Notes: generated by a model from the sequence alone, not told the origin. A stretch of 64,000 bases of DNA from Nitrososphaerota archaeon (GCA_021323705.1 JAJPKL010000041.1:264-64263), one strand, 5' to 3'; shown: positions 38,170 through 46,104, counted from the stretch's first letter. A program made the numbers and translations.

Positions 38170-39405
38170 ATGGAATGTGATCAAATTGTGTCAGAATATT
38201 TGCGCAATCATACAAAAAAACTGTCGGCAGGATTACCAATCAATAAAAATAAAAATTTGACCATTATTGAAGATACAAAGAGTAACATTTCTTTTTCCCA
38301 TAAATTTTTGGCATTTTCAATCATTGTTATGGTGGTGTTTTTCTGGGCTGTATTCAACAATGAGGCACATGCCCAAGATGCGAAACGAATCAATTTAGTG
38401 CCAACATGGGTAAAGCACGACGTTAGTTGGTGGCTAGATAGAGAGATTTCAGATAAGGAATTCCTCTCAGTTCTCAAGTGGTTAGCGGAAAATCAGATTA
38501 TCAATGTAAGCACAGTCTCAGCAGATAAAGAGAACATGATGACTCACATCCCAGATTCTGCCAGATCCATATCCATGCTTTGGTTGCATGACCAAGTGAC
38601 TGATGCAGAATTTCTAAATCAAGTCAGATACATGATAAAACATGTATCAATAGATAAAGTCGGTAATGAACGTAGGTCCTTAAGTGGAAATGCAAATGAT
38701 ATCGTGTTTCCTACCAGTGCACGGATCTTCATAACATCTGTAAAAGAAAATGGCACAGCAAAGGGCGTTACCCTAGAGGTAAATCCAGACGAATCTAACA
38801 TTTACAAGCAAATTTCGGTGTGGAATGAGACCAAGAAATACGCTTTTGTCATACCGATCTTTACGCATGTAGCATATCTGGAGCCCGGATATTACACATA
38901 TTATCGAGGTAATTGCGATATTAATTGCCTAACTAAAAAAATCGATACGAACATCCCATTAGATTACCCAGCTAGCGGAAATGCGGTACAAGTTCTTTCG
39001 GCTTTGGGATATGAGTCCATAACAGATGTCGACATAGACAAGAATCCAGAGATCTTGAAGAAATACGACAAGATCGTATTGTTGCATAACGAGTACGTAA
39101 CAAAGAGAGAGTTTGACGCAATAACGAGTCACCCTAATGTTATCTATCTTTATCCTAATGCACTTTATGCTGAAGTGAGTACGGATTACAAAACAAACAC
39201 AGTGACACTTGTAAGAGGGCATTCATATCCTCAGATGAACATACAAAATGGATTTGATTGGAAATTTGACAATTCGAAACAAGAATACGATACAAATTGT
39301 ACTAACTGGAAGTTTACCAAAGTTATCAATGGTCAAATGTTAAATTGTTATCCAGAATTTAGAATACTTTCAGATCCCTCTCTTTTGCAAGAGGTAAAGA
39401 GGTAA
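38170..39405 (+). CDS. Surface protein: TM/signal, two thaumarchaeal IP.W...WW...ISD.EF modules, C-terminal alpha/beta domain
   Basis: LVPTWVKHDVSWWLDREISDKEFL and IPDSARSISMLWLHDQVTDAEFL; YDKIVLLHNEYVT...YLYPNALY. Confidence 0.8.
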   Translation: MECDQIVSEYLRNHTKKLSAGLPINKNKNLTIIEDTKSNISFSHKFLAFSIIVMVVFFWAVFNNEAHAQDAKRINLVPTWVKHDVSWWLDREISDKEFLSVLKWLAENQIINVSTVSADKENMMTHIPDSARSISMLWLHDQVTDAEFLNQVRYMIKHVSIDKVGNERRSLSGNANDIVFPTSARIFITSVKENGTAKGVTLEVNPDESNIYKQISVWNETKKYAFVIPIFTHVAYLEPGYYTYYRGNCDINCLTKKIDTNIPLDYPASGNAVQVLSALGYESITDVDIDKNPEILKKYDKIVLLHNEYVTKREFDAITSHPNVIYLYPNALYAEVSTDYKTNTVTLVRGHSYPQMNIQNGFDWKFDNSKQEYDTNCTNWKFTKVINGQMLNCYPEFRILSDPSLLQEVKR

Positions 39406-39409
39406 AGAC

Positions 39410-39631
39410 ATGAACTTCATAAGATTATCCACCGTCACAATTTTAACCATAATGGTCAGTTTTTCAATTTTATCTTATTCTATGGCTGATGCACATAGTA
39501 CAATAAGCACATTCCAGTGGAAGAAAACTCGATCAAAAGATCACATACCAGTAGAATTAGAAAAACGTCTTACAGAGAATCTAAAGAATCTTCGTAAAGA
39601 CATTGAAAGCAGACACGGGATTCACTTGTAA
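39410..39631 (+). CDS. Small hypothetical protein with signal-peptide-like N-terminus
   Basis: 73 aa, ATG 4 nt after previous stop. Confidence 0.5.
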   Translation: MNFIRLSTVTILTIMVSFSILSYSMADAHSTISTFQWKKTRSKDHIPVELEKRLTENLKNLRKDIESRHGIHL

Positions 39632-39652
39632 TACATACCTTATACTACGATC

Positions 39653-40531
39653 ATGAACATGAGTTGTACCAAATTGTCTTCTAACTTTTCAAGATATGGA
39701 CTCTATCTAGCCCTAATCTTCTCTGTATCTATCAGTATTGTCAATATGTTTCCTGTATTTGCCGTTCCACCACATATAGTTGAGAATTCTCCCCCACTGC
39801 TTCTCCATACAGATAAACAATCGTATGTGAAAGGTGATACAATAACAATTTCAGGTCATGTCAAGGCTACCATAAATAAAACCCCAGTAACAATTCAAGT
39901 ACTAAATCCAAATCTGAATTTGGTACATATAGCACAGATAGAAGTTTCAAGGGATGGTAATTTTGCATTTCCAGTTCATGCTGACGGTCCTTTGTGGATA
40001 ATTGATGGAAAATATACCGTAAAAGCTGAATACATCGTTTCACGAGTAACCTCGCTTACTACATTTGATTTTAAGAGTCAAACTTTACCAGAGAGTGGAA
40101 TTATATCAGTGAGAGATCCTACTAGTAGCCAATCATTTCAGATAAACTATACCATAACAGAGGGCACAATAAAAGAAATCAACGTGGACTCTAGAGGTGT
40201 AGCATTGGCGATTGCAATTAATTCAACAAATGACGGTTCACTCACACTAAAGATTCCAAGGCAGCTAATTGATGCAAAAAAAAATGATGGTACAGACGAA
40301 AAATTTCTTGTTTTCATAGATGGAAACCAAGTAAAAGAAATAGATGATGAGTCAGATGTAGAGTATAGGATAATATCACTGAATTTTTATCATGGCGAAT
40401 CAAAAATTGAAATAATTGGTACACAGATAGTTCCTGAATTTAGATATCTTGTTATGCCCATTGTTATCACATTAATGACATTTGTAATCATAATATCAAG
40501 GATCAGGGGGAGAATATCTGGAGGGGTTTGA
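39653..40531 (+). CDS. PEF(G)-CTERM sorting-domain surface protein
   Basis: Signal peptide; C-terminal IIGTQIVPEF-TM helix-basic SRIRGR. Confidence 0.85.
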   Translation: MNMSCTKLSSNFSRYGLYLALIFSVSISIVNMFPVFAVPPHIVENSPPLLLHTDKQSYVKGDTITISGHVKATINKTPVTIQVLNPNLNLVHIAQIEVSRDGNFAFPVHADGPLWIIDGKYTVKAEYIVSRVTSLTTFDFKSQTLPESGIISVRDPTSSQSFQINYTITEGTIKEINVDSRGVALAIAINSTNDGSLTLKIPRQLIDAKKNDGTDEKFLVFIDGNQVKEIDDESDVEYRIISLNFYHGESKIEIIGTQIVPEFRYLVMPIVITLMTFVIIISRIRGRISGGV

Positions 40532-40554
40532 TAGTCTCCAAGTTCCCTCCAGAT
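40516..40554. terminator. Possible hairpin between convergent genes
   Basis: 10-bp perfect inverted repeat ATCTGGAGGG/CCCTCCAGAT spanning the stop codon. Confidence 0.35.
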
Positions 40555-40613
40555 TATTTGGTAGGTCTGTTAAATCCAAAAGCGATTTCTTATAACAAAA
40601 GTATTGATTTTGG

Positions 40614-40626
40614 TTTGCGGTATGCC
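40614..40626 (+). promoter_or_regulatory. TTTGCGGTATGCC element, copy 3
   Basis: Exact 13-mer; TTATAAC about 25 nt upstream of its ATG; points antisense into azoR. Confidence 0.5.
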
Positions 40627-40656
40627 TTTGGTTCCAGTTTCACTGATATTCAGATT

Positions 40657-41274
40657 TTATTTATACCACTCTTGGGCTATTTTTTGCACTTGATTTATGT
40701 ATGATTTGAGAGCGGGGGCTTTTCCATCTCCGGCATTCATTCCTTCTGCAAGAACTCCGCGCACGTCTGAATATCCCATGAACTGAAATTCGGTCTTGCC
40801 AAGTGACAATGCATGTTCATACGATGCCATGGGCTCTTTCCCATAAAATCCTCCGCTTGAAACAAGCACCAATGCCTTTTTGTGTTTCATCAAACCAACA
40901 TATTTTCCATCTTTGACATCCCATGTCTTTCCCTTTAGCATTACAGAATCAAACCAGGCTTTTACAGGTGCAGGCATTGAGAAATTAAACATCGGATAAG
41001 CTACAACCACAATGTCTGCTGATGTCAGTTGTTCAGTCATGCGGTCCATCTTTTCAATAGATTTTTGTTGTCGTGATGTAAGGCCTTGTCCCAGATAGTT
41101 TCTTTGGATGTATGCTGCCAAGTTTTCTTCCAAGAAAAGGTCTGGCACGTCCATTGAAATATTCAGCTCTTCGATGTCAGAGTTTTTTATCTCCGATCTA
41201 AATGCGTCTACTAGTTTCTTTGTGTTTGATCTCTCATTTCTTGGCGTATAGTGAACAAGTAGTGTCTTCATCAA
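40657..41274 (-). CDS. azoR: FMN-dependent NADH:quinone oxidoreductase/azoreductase (AzoR/AcpD family)
   Basis: SNTKKL, VVAYPMFNFSMPAPVKAWFD, LVSSGGFY, FMGYSD. Confidence 0.9.
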   Translation of the reverse strand: MMKTLLVHYTPRNERSNTKKLVDAFRSEIKNSDIEELNISMDVPDLFLEENLAAYIQRNYLGQGLTSRQQKSIEKMDRMTEQLTSADIVVVAYPMFNFSMPAPVKAWFDSVMLKGKTWDVKDGKYVGLMKHKKALVLVSSGGFYGKEPMASYEHALSLGKTEFQFMGYSDVRGVLAEGMNAGDGKAPALKSYINQVQKIAQEWYK

Positions 41275-41276
41275 AT

Positions 41277-42221
41277 CTACATTCCCAGTTGCTTTCTCAA
41301 TATTCTGGCAACGTTTCTAATCGTTACGCTACTAACACCTGATGCCTTGGCTATGTCTTTCTGGGTGGCTTTTTCCTCGTTTATTATGCCAGACATGAAT
41401 ACAGCAGTTGCTGCAAGTGAGACAGGATTTTTCCCATCTGTTAATCCCCTCCCGTGTGCCTTACTGAGTATGTCTAGCGCGTCTCTTTTTGCTTTTTCAC
41501 TGAAACCTACCATCGTTCCTATCTTTGATACAAATTCCAAGGGATTAAACGACTCTACCTGCAATTCCAACGATTTGACAAGCACTCTATAGTGTCTTGA
41601 GAGATCCTTAAAGGAGACGTTTCCAGCCTCTGCAATTTCTTGGAGTGTCCTAGGCACATTAGATTCTCTGCAGGCCACATAAAGTGCCGAAAGAATCATT
41701 CCAGATATGGTCCTTCCTCTAATGATGTTCTTGGTTAACGCCTTTCTGTACAGATATGCAGCTCTTTCTATGACAGCATCTGATATCTCCAATTTTGACT
41801 GGGCGCTTTCCATGATTACAAATGCCGACCTAAGATTTCGTTCCGAGGAGTTTGCCTTACTCCTGCTATCCCATGTTCGCAGTCTGCTGAAGGTATACTT
41901 CATGTATGACGATATTGAGTTTCCAGAGGCATCCCTGTCTGCATTCCCAATCACTGTAGAGAGTCCCTTGTCGTGTATTGATAAAGTTGAAGCAAGTCCT
42001 GTTCTAGAATTTTGCGCATAATCTTCCATTGTAAAAGATCTCTGTTCAGGACCCAAATCCTCGACTTTATCTGCAAGCACAGAGCCACAACTCGCGCATA
42101 GGATCTCCCCTCTAATACTGTCAGTTACTAGCGGGCCATGCGAGTTTCCACTGGCAGGACATTTCTCAGTCCTTGACTGGAATACAAACTCTTGTCTGGG
42201 GGTCTTATTACTAACTATCAT
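41277..42221 (-). CDS. tfb: Transcription initiation factor IIB paralog
   Basis: Zn ribbon C..H...CASCG, EDLGPE, two cyclin repeats, GVSSVTIRN. Confidence 0.93.
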   Translation of the reverse strand: MIVSNKTPRQEFVFQSRTEKCPASGNSHGPLVTDSIRGEILCASCGSVLADKVEDLGPEQRSFTMEDYAQNSRTGLASTLSIHDKGLSTVIGNADRDASGNSISSYMKYTFSRLRTWDSRSKANSSERNLRSAFVIMESAQSKLEISDAVIERAAYLYRKALTKNIIRGRTISGMILSALYVACRESNVPRTLQEIAEAGNVSFKDLSRHYRVLVKSLELQVESFNPLEFVSKIGTMVGFSEKAKRDALDILSKAHGRGLTDGKNPVSLAATAVFMSGIINEEKATQKDIAKASGVSSVTIRNVARILRKQLGM

Positions 42222-42224
42222 TTG

Positions 42225-42255
42225 TATAGTTACTATATACTTGAAAGTATTTAAA
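42225..42255 (-). promoter_or_regulatory. TATA (TTTAAATA, 42255-42248) + 13-bp palindromic operator (42237-42225) of tfb-azoR
   Basis: TATAGTWACTATA palindrome 10 nt downstream of TATA, 3 nt before the ATG; same layout at 42785-42815. Confidence 0.7.
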
Positions 42256-42334
42256 ATATCAAGTTAATCCATGTATATTAGATTAACTTTCGGTAAGTGG
42301 TTTGTAAGAATCACTTTAGAAGAAGCAGTGAAAG

Positions 42335-42742
42335 CTATTCGGATTTTTTTGGTTTTGAATAAATTTCTTTTAAAATTTTAGGTTTGCCATCCTTGAATAT
42401 GTCTTTTGCACAATACTGCATGGAATAAGCTGCCATAGCCTCAAGTACTGGTTTTAGCGCAAGCCCCTTTTTTGTCATGGAGTATTCTATCTTAACCGGC
42501 GTTCCAGGGTAAATTCTCTTCTCAATTAGACCATTTTTTTCCATCTCCCTCAACCGGGCAGACAACGTCTTTGGATTTATTCCCTCAATTGACTCCAAAA
42601 ACTCGTTGAATCTATGCTGTCCAAGTCTTGTCATGTTACGGATAATATGAATAGTAAATTTTTTACCAATAATTTTAAACGTGTTATCGATGGGGCATGT
42701 CTTTAGAGAGTCAAGAACAATTTTACATTCTTCGTCTGTCAA
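42335..42742 (-). CDS. HxlR/DUF24 (MarR-type) winged-helix regulator with N-terminal Cys
   Basis: CPIDNTFKIIGKKF, RFNE...GINPKTLSARLREMEKNGL...KIEYSMTKKG. Confidence 0.92.
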   Translation of the reverse strand: MTDEECKIVLDSLKTCPIDNTFKIIGKKFTIHIIRNMTRLGQHRFNEFLESIEGINPKTLSARLREMEKNGLIEKRIYPGTPVKIEYSMTKKGLALKPVLEAMAAYSMQYCAKDIFKDGKPKILKEIYSKPKKSE

Positions 42743-42784
42743 CTTACCATCCTCTCATCTAATTTCTTTATAGAAACTTTCCAA

Positions 42785-42815
42785 TTTAAATACTTACCTT
42801 TCTATAGTTACTATA
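42785..42815 (+). promoter_or_regulatory. TATA (TTTAAATA) + 13-bp palindromic operator TATAGTTACTATA (42803-42815)
   Basis: Identical 13-mer and 10-nt TATA spacing to the tfb promoter. Confidence 0.7.
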
Positions 42816-42825
42816 AGAAAGTAAT

Positions 42826-43161
42826 ATGAAATGCGAATCAGAAAGATGCGACATAGAACATGCAACCTGTTCGTGTAGTTCTGAGATGGAATGTGGCGGT
42901 TGCGGTTGTGAATCAGAAGATCCCATAAACCGCGTGATCAGCGAATGGCACCAGGCCTTCCATGACGCCGTACACGAGGCACAGGTTGAACGACTCAAAA
43001 AGAGAATTGAGGCAAACTTTGGACCCACCATGGACAAAATTGCAGATGCGATGGTTGAAACCGCAAGCAAGGTTTTCCAGTCCATGCTGGTACAATCAGA
43101 AAGCAAAAAAGAACTTGGAGCAAAGTTGCAAAAGATATTTTCTGAAACAGGTAGGAGATAA
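42826..43161 (+). CDS. Hypothetical protein with Cys-rich N-terminus and helical C-terminus
   Basis: 7 Cys in the first 28 aa (CSCSSEMECGGCGC), then amphipathic helices. Confidence 0.8.
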   Translation: MKCESERCDIEHATCSCSSEMECGGCGCESEDPINRVISEWHQAFHDAVHEAQVERLKKRIEANFGPTMDKIADAMVETASKVFQSMLVQSESKKELGAKLQKIFSETGRR

Positions 43162-43200
43162 ATCCCATACTCCCCTATTCCCTACTATTTTTTATCCAGA

Positions 43201-43715
43201 TTATTTCTTGTCTGCAACCTTTTGTTTTCTAGATATCATTAGAGATAAAGTTGCATATAGACCAATGAATGCTATTTGAAAGTACTCTATTTGAGGGATG
43301 CTTGCAATACCCCGTGGTGGCGGCCCTCTTGGAAAGTGTGGTATATTTTCGCCACCTGTCCAAGTCCACTCTGAGACATATTTCCAGGTGTAATGTTTTC
43401 TGGTACATGCGCTGTGGGTATGCTTCCAAATAGACTGTGGGTATGAGTAGCAAACCACAGTGCAGTAAATACTACGGTTCCAACGATTCCAATAATTTGC
43501 CATATTCTACCCCATCGCTTTATGACAGGAACTGCCCAAAAAATTTGTAAAATGCCTCCAACTAGGAACAGTATTCCTTCATCTACCTCTCTTGATATTG
43601 ACATTGGAACCATCATCAAGTGCAATATTCCTGCAATTACGCTAGTTGCAGCAGCAACAATCGAGACTAGTAAAATTTTACGGTCTTTAACTAGAGTTTG
43701 ACTCATCTTCCACAA
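43201..43715 (-). pseudogene. Membrane protein gene split by an apparent single-base frameshift near 43355-43362
   Basis: ORF 43287..43715 (3 TM) shifts into frame of 43201..43503, which supplies PHFPRGPPPRG linker and a fourth TM helix. Confidence 0.6.
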
Positions 43716-43862
43716 ATATAGAAATCTAGATTATAATCCATTATCTAACAAAGTGAACTAATAATGTACCGCAATTTTTATAATGAATGGAAGGAATAAC
43801 CCCCGTTTTGCTAGAAGTCTTTTGTTTCACATAATTTAAAAAATAAATCAACACATAGTTTT

Positions 43863-45119
43863 CTAGTACGCCTGATACTTGTCGCCAAGCTCAAGTGATG
43901 CGAGCTTTAGTTTCAAGACCTCATTTGCCCCTTCGTAAATTATTATTGCACGTGAGTCCAAAAAGTGCCTTGTCACCCTATTTGTCTTCTGGTATGCAAA
44001 TGAACCAAATATTTGAACTGCCCTGTTTGCGCAATCAAATGCAGCATTTGTGGCATGTAACTTGGCAATAGCTGCAAGCCTGTCTGCCCTTGCCCTCAAT
44101 GCAGAATACTCCTTGTCTTCACGGTTTAATTTTTCCTGCCATTGAGAATCACTTTCCTTGAGATTTTCTACGTAATCATGCAGTTTTTGTCTTGCTACGG
44201 CTGATCGATAAACAAGCCAACGTGAGCTCTCAATGTTTACTATCATGGATGACAGATGTTCCTGAATCAGTTGTTTCTTTGCAAGAACGGTTCCATGCTG
44301 TTGCCTTTTTTGTGAATGTTTGATGGATTCGTCAAGGCAGTCTTTCATCACTCCAATTGCCCCAGCTGCAACGCTTAGCCTTCCATCTATCAAGGCACTG
44401 TATGCAATGCTTAGTCCCTTCCCTTTTGTTCCCAAAAGGTTCTTTTTTGGAATCATACAATTTTCAAATCTTATCTCAGCGTTCTTTATGCTGAGTAGCC
44501 CCATCTTATTTTTCATCTCTTCTGCATGAAATCCCTTTGAATCTGTATCCACAATAAATGCAGAGATCCTGTCATCTGGTCCTCTTGCATACGTGGTCAT
44601 GACTTTGGCCATTGTTCCATTCCCAACCCAGTGTTTTTTTCCGTTTAGGATAAAACTGTCTCCCTTTTCCTCGAATTTCGTGGTCATTGAACCTGGGTCG
44701 CTCCCCGCATCAGGCTCTGTGAGAGCAAATGCCATGATGCTTTTTCCGGATGTTGCATCTGGAAGATACTTTCTTTTTTGTTCCTCATCTGCCCAGTTTT
44801 GCAAAACCATCTGACCTATGGATACATGTGCAGAAAAAAATGTGCGCAACGAATTTCCTTCTCTGCCTATTCTTTCAAGTGCAAATGCATATGTCAGGAT
44901 GTCATATCCCAGGCCTCCATATTTTTTTGAAATCGGACATCCAAGCATTCCAATCTTTCCAAATGTAGGAACTGTCATGTCATTTGATTTTTCTTCAAGA
45001 TAGCACCTTGTTTCATGCTCTCTAATAGACTTACAGGCCTGGTCTACTTGTTCAAGAAATTTTTTTTGGTCGTCAGATATCTCAAAGTTCATCTTTGAGA
45101 GATTAGAGTATGACATCAC
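43863..45119 (-). CDS. Acyl-CoA dehydrogenase
   Basis: AFALTEPDAGSD, LNGKKHWVGNG, GRLSVAAGAIG, RQQHG, IYEGANEV. Confidence 0.93.
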   Translation of the reverse strand: MMSYSNLSKMNFEISDDQKKFLEQVDQACKSIREHETRCYLEEKSNDMTVPTFGKIGMLGCPISKKYGGLGYDILTYAFALERIGREGNSLRTFFSAHVSIGQMVLQNWADEEQKRKYLPDATSGKSIMAFALTEPDAGSDPGSMTTKFEEKGDSFILNGKKHWVGNGTMAKVMTTYARGPDDRISAFIVDTDSKGFHAEEMKNKMGLLSIKNAEIRFENCMIPKKNLLGTKGKGLSIAYSALIDGRLSVAAGAIGVMKDCLDESIKHSQKRQQHGTVLAKKQLIQEHLSSMIVNIESSRWLVYRSAVARQKLHDYVENLKESDSQWQEKLNREDKEYSALRARADRLAAIAKLHATNAAFDCANRAVQIFGSFAYQKTNRVTRHFLDSRAIIIYEGANEVLKLKLASLELGDKYQAY

Positions 45120-45154
45120 CTGTACTTGTAGTATACGGCAATAAGATTATCGTG

Positions 45155-45286
45155 TCAGGCTCGTATCATGTCAATCTCTCGTACCCTATGTTTTGATAGA
45201 TCAACATGCAAGTTGGCGTGGGATTCGTCAGTAAAAATAAGATTACACCTATAACATTTCCACGCCTTGGAGCTCACGATATACAT
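45155..45286 (-). CDS. C2H2 zinc-finger micro-protein (43 aa; likely start 45286)
   Basis: WKCYRCNLIF...HANLHVDLSKH. Confidence 0.7.
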   Translation of the reverse strand: MYIVSSKAWKCYRCNLIFTDESHANLHVDLSKHRVREIDMIRA

Positions 45287-45489
45287 ATACAATTTTTGTT
45301 TATAAGGATATTGAACGATTTGTCTATTTGTTACAAAAAGGAGATTCTTTTGCAATATTGTTCTACGAAATTCAAAAATAACAACTAAATCATGAAATTC
45401 TCAGCCAAGCACAACCTGGTAACCATCACACAACCAGTTTATGTCCATGTATTTTCATATGGAAAATGTTGAGTTTCAAGATTCATTCC

Positions 45490-46104
45490 ATGAAAAAATT
45501 GGAAGAGTATGTGCAAAGAAAAGTTGCAAAAAACGATCCTGCACATGGTTTTGATCACATCATGAGGGTTTACAAAAATTCAAAAAGACTTGCAGAAAAA
45601 GAGCACGCGAGTGCTAGGCTCGTGCTTGCAGCAGCACTATTACATGATATTGTATCATATCCAAAATCAGATCCTAGATCCAAGCGTTCCTCCGAGCATA
45701 GTGCTACGAAGGCAAGTCGGGTTCTTGCAAAACATGGCTATGCAAAAGATGAGATAAAGATAATCTCGGATGCAATACGTGATCATAGCTTCTCAAGAGG
45801 CACAGTGCCCGCCACACTCACAGGAAAAATACTACAGGATGCTGACAGACTTGACGCTATTGGTTCAATAGGGATAGCAAGAACATTTTCTGTCGGTGGT
45901 TCAGAGAGAAGACAATTCTACCACAGCTCAGACCCTTTTTGCAAGGTACATGTTCCAGACGATAAAAAGTGGACGCTTGATCATTTTTACAAAAAGTTGC
46001 TACTTTTAGAAAGAAAGATGAACACGCACAGTGCAAAACTTGAAGCAAGAAGAAGGGCTAAGATAATGAAGCAGTTTCTAGACGAGCTCAAGACAGAAAT
46101 TTAG
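45490..46104 (+). CDS. HD-domain metal-dependent phosphohydrolase (ORF track start 45466)
   Basis: AHGFDH, LLHDI, IRDHSF, LQDADRLDAIG. Confidence 0.92.
   Translation: MKKLEEYVQRKVAKNDPAHGFDHIMRVYKNSKRLAEKEHASARLVLAAALLHDIVSYPKSDPRSKRSSEHSATKASRVLAKHGYAKDEIKIISDAIRDHSFSRGTVPATLTGKILQDADRLDAIGSIGIARTFSVGGSERRQFYHSSDPFCKVHVPDDKKWTLDHFYKKLLLLERKMNTHSAKLEARRRAKIMKQFLDELKTEI

Noticed and set aside
33080-40560. att-like duplication of the tRNA-Leu 3' end (TCCCTCC at about 40544)
   Set aside because: Only 7 nt match; insufficient without an integrase.
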